Of a DNA stretch of 64,000 nt, positions 1-8,526 are shown in pieces. The DNA comes from an uncultured Acidobacteriota bacterium. Its GTDB lineage: Bacteria; Acidobacteriota; Blastocatellia; RBC074. The DNA is taken from positions 544,001-608,000 of the forward strand of contig CAWCKY010000003.1 of assembly GCA_963796275.1 (NCBI GenBank), given 5' to 3'. The notes beneath the pieces were generated by a model that saw only the letters and a list, made by a program, of their open reading frames with translations, had not been told where the DNA came from and searched no databases. Position numbers and translations under genes: made by a program. Numbering within the stretch: position 1 is the stretch's first letter; each line of letters opens with the position of its first letter.

Positions 1-2
1 CG

Positions 3-320
3 GTATTTATCGGAGTACTGGTCATCGTTCTCGCCATTACGCTGGCAGACCCTGTGATCAGATTGATCAGGCTTGAATTAAAGTTCCTCGGCAAACAGCA
101 GGAGACGATTCTGAATGCCAAGAGTGAAGGGCTCGAGAGCGAACGCGTTCACCAGGCTATGGCGCAACGAGCCGAGATAGAGTCCGAGCAACTGGCCGCG
201 AGGATACTCGGCAGTTCCAAATATCTGCAACCGCAAATGATCAAGGGGTTCTCGGATGGAGGGCAATCATCAAGTTATAGCTATTCGCCGGGAAGCAAAG
301 ATTATGACCCAAAAGCATAG
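3..320 (+). CDS. hypothetical membrane-anchored protein, 5' partial
   Basis: Frame is open from the window edge (VFIGVLVIVLAITLADP hydrophobic stretch) into ORF 54..320; no recognisable motif. Confidence 0.45.
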   Translation, partial: VFIGVLVIVLAITLADPVIRLIRLELKFLGKQQETILNAKSEGLESERVHQAMAQRAEIESEQLAARILGSSKYLQPQMIKGFSDGGQSSSYSYSPGSKDYDPKA

Positions 321-325
321 CGCCG

Positions 326-928
326 TTGAGTCACGAGGCGTTATTAGGGATAACGCAGACAGCAGCGCCAGATCGCTCGCAGGATTCAGCGGCGCAAGCA
401 CGAATCGCCATAGGCAATCCTGTGGCCAATCTGGATGGTCGCAGGCTTCGCCTGCTTTCCCGCGGGGAAGATGGTGCGAAGAGAGAGGGGACCGGGGAAA
501 AAGATAGCGAGACCTCACAGATCGAACTCAGAAAGGAAGGAACGAACGGCCAACCTGTTGTCACCATAGCCCCATACATTAAACCCGCAAAAAGTCCGAC
601 AAAGGGGCCGGCCAGGAGGGAGAAAACCGGGGAGGCAACCGGGGAGGCAAAGAAGACGAATCCCGGCATCAAAAAACGCCGGGGTGGAAAAAAGGGGGAG
701 GAGGATATGCCACCAACGCCCTGGGGATGTGAATGGCTCAGGACCGACGATGGCTGGAATCTCTGGCGATATTGGTCGGAGAAGGATCGCCTGACTGGCC
801 AGAGGATCAAGAAGAGCCGGTATACAGGTTATGTCAGTCATGATGCGTGGCAGGTTATGAAGGGGTACGACTATGAAACGTTCATCTCGATCATCGGCCA
901 GCGGTTTCGCCGATACGGCCAGCGGTAA
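326..928 (+). CDS. hypothetical protein (phage/mobile-element-like ORFan)
   Basis: 200 aa, basic low-complexity middle, Trp-rich C-terminal domain; tightly packed with neighbours. Confidence 0.5.
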   Translation: MSHEALLGITQTAAPDRSQDSAAQARIAIGNPVANLDGRRLRLLSRGEDGAKREGTGEKDSETSQIELRKEGTNGQPVVTIAPYIKPAKSPTKGPARREKTGEATGEAKKTNPGIKKRRGGKKGEEDMPPTPWGCEWLRTDDGWNLWRYWSEKDRLTGQRIKKSRYTGYVSHDAWQVMKGYDYETFISIIGQRFRRYGQR

Positions 929-1139
929 TCCGTTCGCCGTCTTTGAGATCATCGCCGATGCCAAAAAAATTCAGGAACAAGCTGGCAGCTCGGAGATAGG
1001 TGAGAGCGCCAGAAGAATCGAACAGCACGCAGACGGTATGGTGAAAACGATACTTGGGACTGCCGATATGTCTACTGCTGAACTGCCTGCCAGGGTCATA
1101 GAGCAGATAGTGGAGATGTTGCGCGCCTATCGACAGTGA
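873..1139 (+). CDS. hypothetical protein
   Basis: 88 aa ATG ORF, helical composition, co-oriented in the small-ORF cluster. Confidence 0.4.
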   Translation: MKRSSRSSASGFADTASGNPFAVFEIIADAKKIQEQAGSSEIGESARRIEQHADGMVKTILGTADMSTAELPARVIEQIVEMLRAYRQ

Positions 1140-1184
1140 AGACCGAAAGGATGGGGATTTGAGAAACTCTATGTCCCTGATTGC

Positions 1185-1526
1185 ATGCGGATTGTCGCCG
1201 GAGCGGCTCTGATCGCGCTTATTGGGATGATTTTACTGGAAGAACGCGTTGTAAAACGCATGATAGCTTTGCCACAACCGCCGAAGGCAGTCTGCGTGTT
1301 ATTAACGATTTCGCAAACGCACCCGGATGGATCAAAAGTGTGGAACGGATATCTGATGGCAACGGTCATGAGGTCTGGCAGGAAGAAGATCGACGAGGTA
1401 CGAGCTGGAAACAATCAAATCGATCGCTCCCCGACGGCTCGTCCTGCGCATCAAAGACGAAAATTTCATTCGGAGGTATTTGGAATACGATATTACTGTG
1501 ACAACCGGAGGGCGGCAGTCAAATGA
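1185..1526 (+). CDS. hypothetical protein with N-terminal TM/signal segment
   Basis: MRIVAGAALIALIGMILL hydrophobic N-terminus; ATGA overlap with the next ORF at 1523. Confidence 0.45.
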   Translation: MRIVAGAALIALIGMILLEERVVKRMIALPQPPKAVCVLLTISQTHPDGSKVWNGYLMATVMRSGRKKIDEVRAGNNQIDRSPTARPAHQRRKFHSEVFGIRYYCDNRRAAVK

Positions 1527-1717
1527 TCACCACGGATTGCGGAAAAATAAGAAATCCGATCTACCGATTTTTGTCGCGATTTATTTTCGGGTATGAGACG
1601 AGCCTCGATGATTACCTCAACGCACGCGCTGCCAGCTTCGGCGGAGGTTCTGCAATCACCGGTGAATCCGCCCTGGTTTTACGGTCGCTTCAACTAAGAA
1701 GGAGATTTCCCGCCCCG

Positions 1718-3055
1718 TCATCCGACATTCTCCATAATAACGCGCGCGAGCGCTTCCGCCTGACCGCGGATGATCGTTTCATCCTGGCCTTCTATCATTA
1801 CGCGAGCCTTGTTTTCGGTGCCGGAATAACGTACGAGCAATCGCCCCTTGCCATCTATATCCCGCTCGAGAGCGGCGATCGCATCGTTGATTGCCGGCAC
1901 GCTCTCGAAAGGCGGTTTGTGATTGACGTTCACATTTATTATGAATTGCGGATACCGTTTGAACCGACCGGCCAGATTGCTCAGCGACCGATTCGATTCG
2001 ACCATGACCCGAAGGACTTCGAGCGCCGTAATCATGCCATCCCCTGCCAGACTGATCTGGGGGAATATGATGTGACCGGATTGTTCGCCGCCTATGCTGC
2101 CCCCGGCTTTCAATAGTTCATCGAGAACGTTCTTATCGCCGACCGATGTGCGGGTGAGCCCGATGCCGAGCTGCGAGAGCGCTATTTCAAGGCCGAGGTT
2201 GCTCATAACGGTTGCAACTACCCGGTTGCCGGAGAGACGCCCTCTGGCAAAGAGATAATCGGCCATAACGAATAATATCTGATCGCCATCGATCAATTGT
2301 CCGACTTCGTCCACCATCAACAGGCGGTCGGCATCGCCATCGAATGCAATCCCCAGATGAGAACCGGTGCTCAACACGGCCTGCTGCAATTTTTCCGGAT
2401 GTAATGATCCGCAATCCAGGTTTATGTTTCGGCCGTTCGGTTCAGCGTTGATCACCGTCAATTGCGCTCCCAGCTGGGTGAAAAGACGTGGAGCGAGGCG
2501 ATACGATGCTCCGTTCGCGCAATCAATGACAATTTTCATCCGAGTCAGCTCAACGCCAATCTCATCGCACAAAAAAACCAGGTATCTGTCTTGAAGAGTC
2601 GGGTCGTTCTCCGCCGTCGTTTCAATGAACGGAGGCAGGCTTGATGGGTCATCCGTTAATGCGCGCTCGATCGACTGCTCTGTGGCGTCATCGAGTTTTT
2701 CTCCGGAAGGCGAGAATACTTTTATACCGTTATCCTGATACGGATTGTGTGATGCTGAGATTACGATGCCGGCGTCGGCACCGAGAGCGCGCGTCAGGTA
2801 AGCCACGCCCGGAGTTGTAATGATGCCTGCCGATCGCGCGCTGGAACGAGCCGCGTGTATGCCCCGAAGGATCGCCGCTTCGATCCATTCGCCCGATTCC
2901 CGGGTATCTCGTCCGATGATGATCGCGGGTGCGCGGTCGAGTTTCAGCGTCAATTCTTTAGCCAGCTCATATCCTATCCGTTCGATCGTCTGCGGATCGA
3001 GAGGATAACGTCCGGCCACACCTCTGATTCCATCTGTGCCGAATAATTCGCCCAT
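1718..3055 (-). CDS. glmM: phosphoglucosamine mutase
   Basis: LFGTDGIRG, ISASHNP, FDGDADR, GGEQSGH, RYSGTE motifs; follows cdaA-cdaR. Confidence 0.97.
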   Translation of the reverse strand: MGELFGTDGIRGVAGRYPLDPQTIERIGYELAKELTLKLDRAPAIIIGRDTRESGEWIEAAILRGIHAARSSARSAGIITTPGVAYLTRALGADAGIVISASHNPYQDNGIKVFSPSGEKLDDATEQSIERALTDDPSSLPPFIETTAENDPTLQDRYLVFLCDEIGVELTRMKIVIDCANGASYRLAPRLFTQLGAQLTVINAEPNGRNINLDCGSLHPEKLQQAVLSTGSHLGIAFDGDADRLLMVDEVGQLIDGDQILFVMADYLFARGRLSGNRVVATVMSNLGLEIALSQLGIGLTRTSVGDKNVLDELLKAGGSIGGEQSGHIIFPQISLAGDGMITALEVLRVMVESNRSLSNLAGRFKRYPQFIINVNVNHKPPFESVPAINDAIAALERDIDGKGRLLVRYSGTENKARVMIEGQDETIIRGQAEALARVIMENVG

Positions 3056-3154
3056 AATCTTGTTGACGATGCTCAATCTTCAGTTATCCGGTTTTGGTTC
3101 GTATTGACTCTTCGTCTCTGAAAAAATCTGGAAAACTGAAAACTTATCGTCGTT

Positions 3155-4087
3155 TCAACCCCTCTTCTTCGAAATGATTTTATTGATGATCTTATCCAGT
3201 TTATCCGGGAGGATAACCTGTGGCTGCCAATTTTCTACATCCGACTGCGATCCGGCTGTATCCAACTCTACTCGGATATCGCCGGCTTTTAAGTCTTTGA
3301 AAGCTGATTGTGGGCCATAAAGCTCAAGGTCGACTGACCTGTACGGCGGGCGAGTCCCGGGGCTTAGATTGAGCCATTGCACCGGAATTTTCATGAAGTG
3401 TCGCGTTACCCGGCGTTCGCCTATCTCGATAGTTAGCGTGATCGGACCTTGTGTGTTGACGCGAATAGAATTGTGGGGAGTTTCGACATCCAGCGAAATA
3501 CGGAAACTGTTGCTTTTACCTGTTAAATTGACCGTCTCGGTCATTATCTCATGCAGTTTTTCCACCTGTGATTTCGGGCCTTCGATCTCGATGAACGGCG
3601 GCTCGACGATCTTGCGATAGACCTCCATCTTATCCGCCAACTCGCCCTCGAACTGGGGCTCGACTGTGATGGAACGCTTCATCGTTTTTTCGAGCTTCAA
3701 TCTAATGCTAGGAGGGACTATTTGTATGACCTCAACATTATCCGGAGGGGAAACATCATCGGGTCGGAGTTGAACATTTCGCTCCCCCGAGTCTTTGTTG
3801 CTCAGATTGGCTATCACCAGGAGCTGATTGGGAGAAAGGCTTCTGACAACATCACGGGGACCGCGCAGCCGAACGCTGACGGTTTGTGCGACATCCCCGC
3901 TGATTTCAAGTCCCCGGCTAATTCCGCGGAATTCCAAGGGGACGCCGCTCATCCTTACCTCGGCGAGGGGCTGTCGCGATACCGCAAAAAGCAGGAGCGC
4001 CAGGAGGAAGGCGAGGACTTTGAGTCCCAAATTTTCAACCCGGCTATGGTGCAGCCGCTGGGATATTCGTGCGACTCGGCCTCTCAT
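3155..4087 (-). CDS. cdaR: YbbR-domain diadenylate cyclase regulator
   Basis: N-terminal TM (NLGLKVLAFLLALLLF), repeated YbbR-like units (V.L.GP); between cdaA and glmM. Confidence 0.88.
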   Translation of the reverse strand: MRGRVARISQRLHHSRVENLGLKVLAFLLALLLFAVSRQPLAEVRMSGVPLEFRGISRGLEISGDVAQTVSVRLRGPRDVVRSLSPNQLLVIANLSNKDSGERNVQLRPDDVSPPDNVEVIQIVPPSIRLKLEKTMKRSITVEPQFEGELADKMEVYRKIVEPPFIEIEGPKSQVEKLHEIMTETVNLTGKSNSFRISLDVETPHNSIRVNTQGPITLTIEIGERRVTRHFMKIPVQWLNLSPGTRPPYRSVDLELYGPQSAFKDLKAGDIRVELDTAGSQSDVENWQPQVILPDKLDKIINKIISKKRG

Positions 4088-5028
4088 ACCGACGTGCCCT
4101 CCTGAACGCCTTCGGTTTTCGAAGTCCGCGCAATTTGACTCTTGCTCGATGCGACCAGTTCATCGATCTCGCGCTCCCTCTCGCGCTCCTCCGCTTCAAG
4201 TTCCGCGCTCTCAGCGTCGCTGCGCCACGGCTCCATGGCTTGTTGGACCATCCGGCGCAGACCGGGGCCGTCAAGGTTACGCTTCAAACGCCCCTCGATG
4301 GAAAATGAGATTACTCCCGTCTCTTCCGAAACGATCACGGCGAATGCATCGGTGTCCTCGGTCACTCCGATCGCCGCGCGGTGGCGCGTCCCGAGCTCTC
4401 GCGAGATGAGCGGGTTCTGGGTCAGCGGAAGGAAGCAGCAGGCGGCTGTGACGCGATTGTTCCCGATAATCACTGCGCCGTCATGGAGCGGCGTGTGTGT
4501 ATTAAAAATTGTGACGAGCAAATCGTAGTTCACTCGCGCGTCGAGCCGGATTCCGCTTTCGGTGTAGGTCTTCAAACCGATATCGCGTTCGAATACCATG
4601 AGGGCCCCCGTCTTTTCGGAGGCCAGAGTCGTAGCGGCGAGGACGACTTCGTCATACCACTCCTGGCCGAACGGATTATCCTTCGGTGTGCTTGTCATCG
4701 GCAGGCGGATTTTCTTGCCCAGATGTGTTAATGCCTGGCGGATTTCGTGCTGAAAAAGAACGATCACGGCGAAACCGAGGTAGACCACGGCATTGCGCAT
4801 CACCCATTGGACTGTGGTCAGTCCGAAAATGCTCGAGACTTGATAGATGACGGCTACCAATACCAGCCCTACGGCCATCTGGACAGCACGAGTCCCTCGC
4901 ACAAGTCTGAGTACTTCATAGATCAGAAATGAGACGATGAGAATATCAATAACATGCCTGGGCTCTACAGATTGCAGGACCCAGAGTGCTCTTGGATAAA
5001 ACTCGTGCATAATTTCAGAAAGTTCCAC
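4084..5028 (-). CDS. cdaA: diadenylate cyclase CdaA/DacA
   Basis: Three TM helices then DAC domain with HDGA and GTRHRAA motifs. Confidence 0.95.
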   Translation of the reverse strand: MELSEIMHEFYPRALWVLQSVEPRHVIDILIVSFLIYEVLRLVRGTRAVQMAVGLVLVAVIYQVSSIFGLTTVQWVMRNAVVYLGFAVIVLFQHEIRQALTHLGKKIRLPMTSTPKDNPFGQEWYDEVVLAATTLASEKTGALMVFERDIGLKTYTESGIRLDARVNYDLLVTIFNTHTPLHDGAVIIGNNRVTAACCFLPLTQNPLISRELGTRHRAAIGVTEDTDAFAVIVSEETGVISFSIEGRLKRNLDGPGLRRMVQQAMEPWRSDAESAELEAEEREREREIDELVASSKSQIARTSKTEGVQEGTSV

Positions 5029-5400
5029 AATCGCTCTATGTTAGCGTTATGGATTTTGCCCCGCGATTAACCGGTGCCATTCTTTAATGATTATTCCGCA
5101 GCCCGCTCCTAGCATACCATATCCGCTATCTCCGGTATGAAGGAAATTAATGCGTTTGAATTGCTTAAGGGGATCGCAGTTCAGGGAGTTGTCGGGGGAA
5201 TAGAGTTTTGTTAGACTACGACCGTGCGCCAACCCCCCGGCATTGCACCCAACATTACGATGTAGAATGCAGTAATTATCGACTGTTATCGACTCCTGTC
5301 ATCGGTTGTCGTGCGCTAGCGCCGTTACTGCTAGTTGCCCCATCTCCCCGTGTTAGAAGTACTATGAATACCTTCTCCGCGGGCAAGGAAAGGGAATGAA

Positions 5401-6780
5401 ATGAGGAAGGTATCCAGCGTCCTCGCGACGCCCAAGGCTGGTTTGCTTTTTACCGTCATTTTTACAATTCTCGTGGGATTTTTCTTGACCGCCGGGGCAA
5501 ATGCCAAGGCGAGCTGGCAAACAGGCACCACGTCGGCAACGAAAAAAAAGGCAACCACCAGCAAATCTGCATCGAGCCGCAGGCGGACGGCAAAAGCGAG
5601 TTCAAAGCGTAAAAACCGCGTCGCCCGTAACAAAAGACGAAGCACATATTCTAAATCCAGAGCCACAGTCAGCGACAATGAGGCCAAATCGTTAGTGAAG
5701 AAGCGTGGCAAATTGACGCGCGCCGAACGCCAAAAGCTCTCATCATATCGGTCTGCGCGGCGACGTCGCGCCCGGGCTCGTTATCTCGCGCGTCTGCGCG
5801 CTCTGCGCGCGCGCGCCGATGCCCTTCTCAACATCACCGCAGCGAACATTCTCAAGGACAATACGAGCGGCGAGGACCCGGATATTCGACGTGCTGTGGT
5901 CGATGCATTGGAAGGCCGTTCCGGAACGGTAGTCGTCATGGACCCGAGTACTGGGCGCGTTTATACAGTAGTCAATCAACAAATGGCGCTCGGCTCTCCT
6001 GTCAAACCGTGTTCGACCGTTAAATTGATCGTAGGTCTGGCAGCGCTTCACGAAGAGGTCTTCGATCCCAATCAAGATGTTCAAACTTCCAGACGCGTGA
6101 GCTGGAATCTCACCGATGCGATGGCACGTTCGAATAACCCGTTTTTTCAGGTACTCGGACGAAGGCTCGGGTACGAGAGGGTGATCAAGTATGCTGGTGA
6201 CTTCGGATTTGGTGATCTGACCGGCATCAACTATCCCGGCGAGAAACCTGGCTTCTTGCCAGAGGAAGGCGAACAGGAGACCGGCTTAATGTCGAGCCAC
6301 GGCGAGAATTTCGGTGTGACGGCTATCCAACTCGCCGCCTTCACCGCCGCGATCGCCAATGGTGGGTATCTTTACACTCCCTATATTCCGCGCACGCCGC
6401 AGGATGAGGCCAGTTTCGAACCAATCCTGAAACGCAAGATAGTGATGTCATCGGAGGACAGGTTGAGGCTGATGGCAGGTATGAGCGGGGCAGTCAATTT
6501 CGGGACGGGTAAACTCGCTTACAATGCCCTCGGGCAGGTTGCTGGCAAGACCGGAACCTGTACGGGCAGCCGTGATAAGCTGGGACTCTTCACATCGTTC
6601 TCAAGCGTCGACAATCCCAGGCTGGTCGTTACGGTCATTACCACTGGTTTTACGGAGGCCGGCTCCCGAGCAGCCGCGATTGCAGGAAAAATTTATGCCG
6701 CGATCTCTCCCAGGTTTTTTAATGAAACGGAGGTCAAACCCGCATCTGCGGCCACTGATCCCAGTACCAGCTGGAAATAA
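5401..6780 (+). CDS. penicillin-binding transpeptidase-domain protein with highly basic N-terminal region
   Basis: SxxK (STVK), SxN (SNN) and KTG motifs; TM/signal followed by K/R/S-rich tract. Confidence 0.85.
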   Translation: MRKVSSVLATPKAGLLFTVIFTILVGFFLTAGANAKASWQTGTTSATKKKATTSKSASSRRRTAKASSKRKNRVARNKRRSTYSKSRATVSDNEAKSLVKKRGKLTRAERQKLSSYRSARRRRARARYLARLRALRARADALLNITAANILKDNTSGEDPDIRRAVVDALEGRSGTVVVMDPSTGRVYTVVNQQMALGSPVKPCSTVKLIVGLAALHEEVFDPNQDVQTSRRVSWNLTDAMARSNNPFFQVLGRRLGYERVIKYAGDFGFGDLTGINYPGEKPGFLPEEGEQETGLMSSHGENFGVTAIQLAAFTAAIANGGYLYTPYIPRTPQDEASFEPILKRKIVMSSEDRLRLMAGMSGAVNFGTGKLAYNALGQVAGKTGTCTGSRDKLGLFTSFSSVDNPRLVVTVITTGFTEAGSRAAAIAGKIYAAISPRFFNETEVKPASAATDPSTSWK

Positions 6781-7332
6781 TCACAGAAGCTCCGACTGCA
6801 AGCAAAATAATATCCAGGGGTGATCGGCGCGTAGCCCCTGGAATACTGCAACGAAACTAGTCGATAAGACGCCAAAGGAATGATAGTGACTGAGTCGCCC
6901 ATTTCAGGCTTGGCGACTCGCCTGCCGCTTACCGTGGCTTCGCTTCACCTAGTAGCCACAACTATGCGCGGACACCGAGATGGTGGACACCAGTGGGGAA
7001 TTTCGCAATTTCGCGTTAGCAAGCCACCACAACCGATTGTGGCCGTGTGCCTGCTGAAAACCAGCTCCCATCGATGTGCCAATTCGTTCACTGTTAAATC
7101 TCATCTAACGCCCCTTGCATAATTGTAGGTGCTTGGGCTTATCCGTTTCTACCCACGCTCATCCCAATTTTCTACTCTCACATCCTATCCCTATCCGGCG
7201 CTAATGGGGGAACTCAAAACCTAGTTCCGTCGTTCAATCAAAGGATTGGGGACAACAGGTTCACCAAACTTTTGATTGCGCCTGGACTCTGAAACCTGCC
7301 CGCTTTCAGCTTGGAAACTGAGTCGTTGACCA

Positions 7333-8010
7333 ATGACAAGGAGCGAAAAGTTCATTGCCCTGCATGTAATTATTGGAGCCGCATTATTGCTTGCGGGTCT
7401 CCTTGGGCTAGACAGGATTGTTGCCGAATACTTGCACAGCTCTGGGCATGAAGGATTGTGGATTTTCAACGAAGGCACCTCGTTTCTTGACACGGTAACT
7501 GGTAAGGAGATATCCAAGTTTCTGATAGGATTCCTTTTGTTGAGCTGCTCACTTGCTCTACTGGTACCCGCAAGAACAAGGACTATCAGCTGGAGCAACA
7601 TGTTCATTAGCCTTGTACAACTACTTGGCACACTGCTAGCCGGAGTTAGCAAAAACGCCTTCGGGCGGCTTCGCCCTTTCCAGTTATTGGAGAGTGGAGA
7701 TTGGAGCCAGGAATGGTTTGCCGGTGGGAGCGCATTTCCTTCTGGACATGCGGGGTTCTACTTTGGCTTATTTATGCCACTGGCGTATCTGTTCCCTCGG
7801 TGGCGGTGGTTGCTCATGCTCGTGCCTTGGTTCATTGCTATGGCGCGCGTCAATGCCAATGATCACTTCACCAGCGATGTCGCTGCATCGATTGTCTTGG
7901 TTGGGTTGCTTACGCTGATTTTTGCCAAGTTGACAAAGCAGCGGAAGGGGCCTAACAGTTCATTCAAGCCGAAGCCGCTTCGCGGATCGGCTTCGCACCT
8001 AGAATCGTAA
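7333..8010 (+). CDS. PAP2-family membrane phosphatase (integron-cassette-derived)
   Basis: KxxxxRxRP, FPSGH and RxxxxxHxxSD motifs; several TMs; C-terminus PNSSFKPKPLRGSA is translated attC. Confidence 0.88.
   Translation: MTRSEKFIALHVIIGAALLLAGLLGLDRIVAEYLHSSGHEGLWIFNEGTSFLDTVTGKEISKFLIGFLLLSCSLALLVPARTRTISWSNMFISLVQLLGTLLAGVSKNAFGRLRPFQLLESGDWSQEWFAGGSAFPSGHAGFYFGLFMPLAYLFPRWRWLLMLVPWFIAMARVNANDHFTSDVAASIVLVGLLTLIFAKLTKQRKGPNSSFKPKPLRGSASHLES
7950..7993 (+). mobile_element. truncated integron attC site (left half and loop)
   Basis: GCCTAAC (R'') agttc ATTCAAGC (L'') cgaagccgcttcgcggatcg GCTT; the expected AATTCAGGCGTTAGGC right end is absent. Confidence 0.7.
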
Positions 8011-8526
8011 GCCGCGCAGTTCGAGCACAATGTCCTTGACATCATCTTCGGTAACTTTTCCCGGCGCATCGACTTTGACGCTGAATTCAAGCGACTCGCC
8101 CGGTTTCAGCGGTTCTTTGCGAATGCGCGGTATCGGAACGCTCGTCGCCTGTGCGATCACTTTGTCTTGCAGATCGAGCATCTTCCCGACCACCTCGACG
8201 CCAGTTACAGGGCGCTCGCCGCGGTTGTGCAATCTTGCTCTCACCTGGAGCTGCCACAACCCGATCATATTCGGATAAACCATTTTATCGATCACTTCGA
8301 ATTGTATCTTATCCTTATAACCATCGAAATCGACCGAGCCGGAACGCGCGACATTCTCGAGCGTTGTTGGGCGATTTTCCGGGTTCAGATGAGTCAATAT
8401 CCATATGAGAGCTACGATTAGCAGCACTGCGACGCCGCCAACCCAGATAAATGGACGGATGGGATTTCGCTCGTTTTTTGGTTCAAGGTCAGGTTCAAAC
8501 ATATATGTACCTTTTCTATTCTCCAC
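7999..8526 (-). CDS. single-TM Ig-like (FxLYD/DUF2393-like) hypothetical protein
   Basis: TM then beta-rich domain with N.G and LKPGES.EFSV pattern; overlaps pmbA stop. Confidence 0.7.
   Translation of the reverse strand: MENRKGTYMFEPDLEPKNERNPIRPFIWVGGVAVLLIVALIWILTHLNPENRPTTLENVARSGSVDFDGYKDKIQFEVIDKMVYPNMIGLWQLQVRARLHNRGERPVTGVEVVGKMLDLQDKVIAQATSVPIPRIRKEPLKPGESLEFSVKVDAPGKVTEDDVKDIVLELRGLRF

Noticed and set aside
1181-1501. Alternative-frame ORF in the left cluster
   Set aside because: Overlaps 1185..1526 almost entirely; the latter has an ATG, a TM segment and stop/start coupling
5047-5400. c-di-AMP (ydaO) riboswitch near cdaA or the PBP gene
   Set aside because: No CGCUGAA...GGAGGAA...CAGCUAAC pattern seen on either strand
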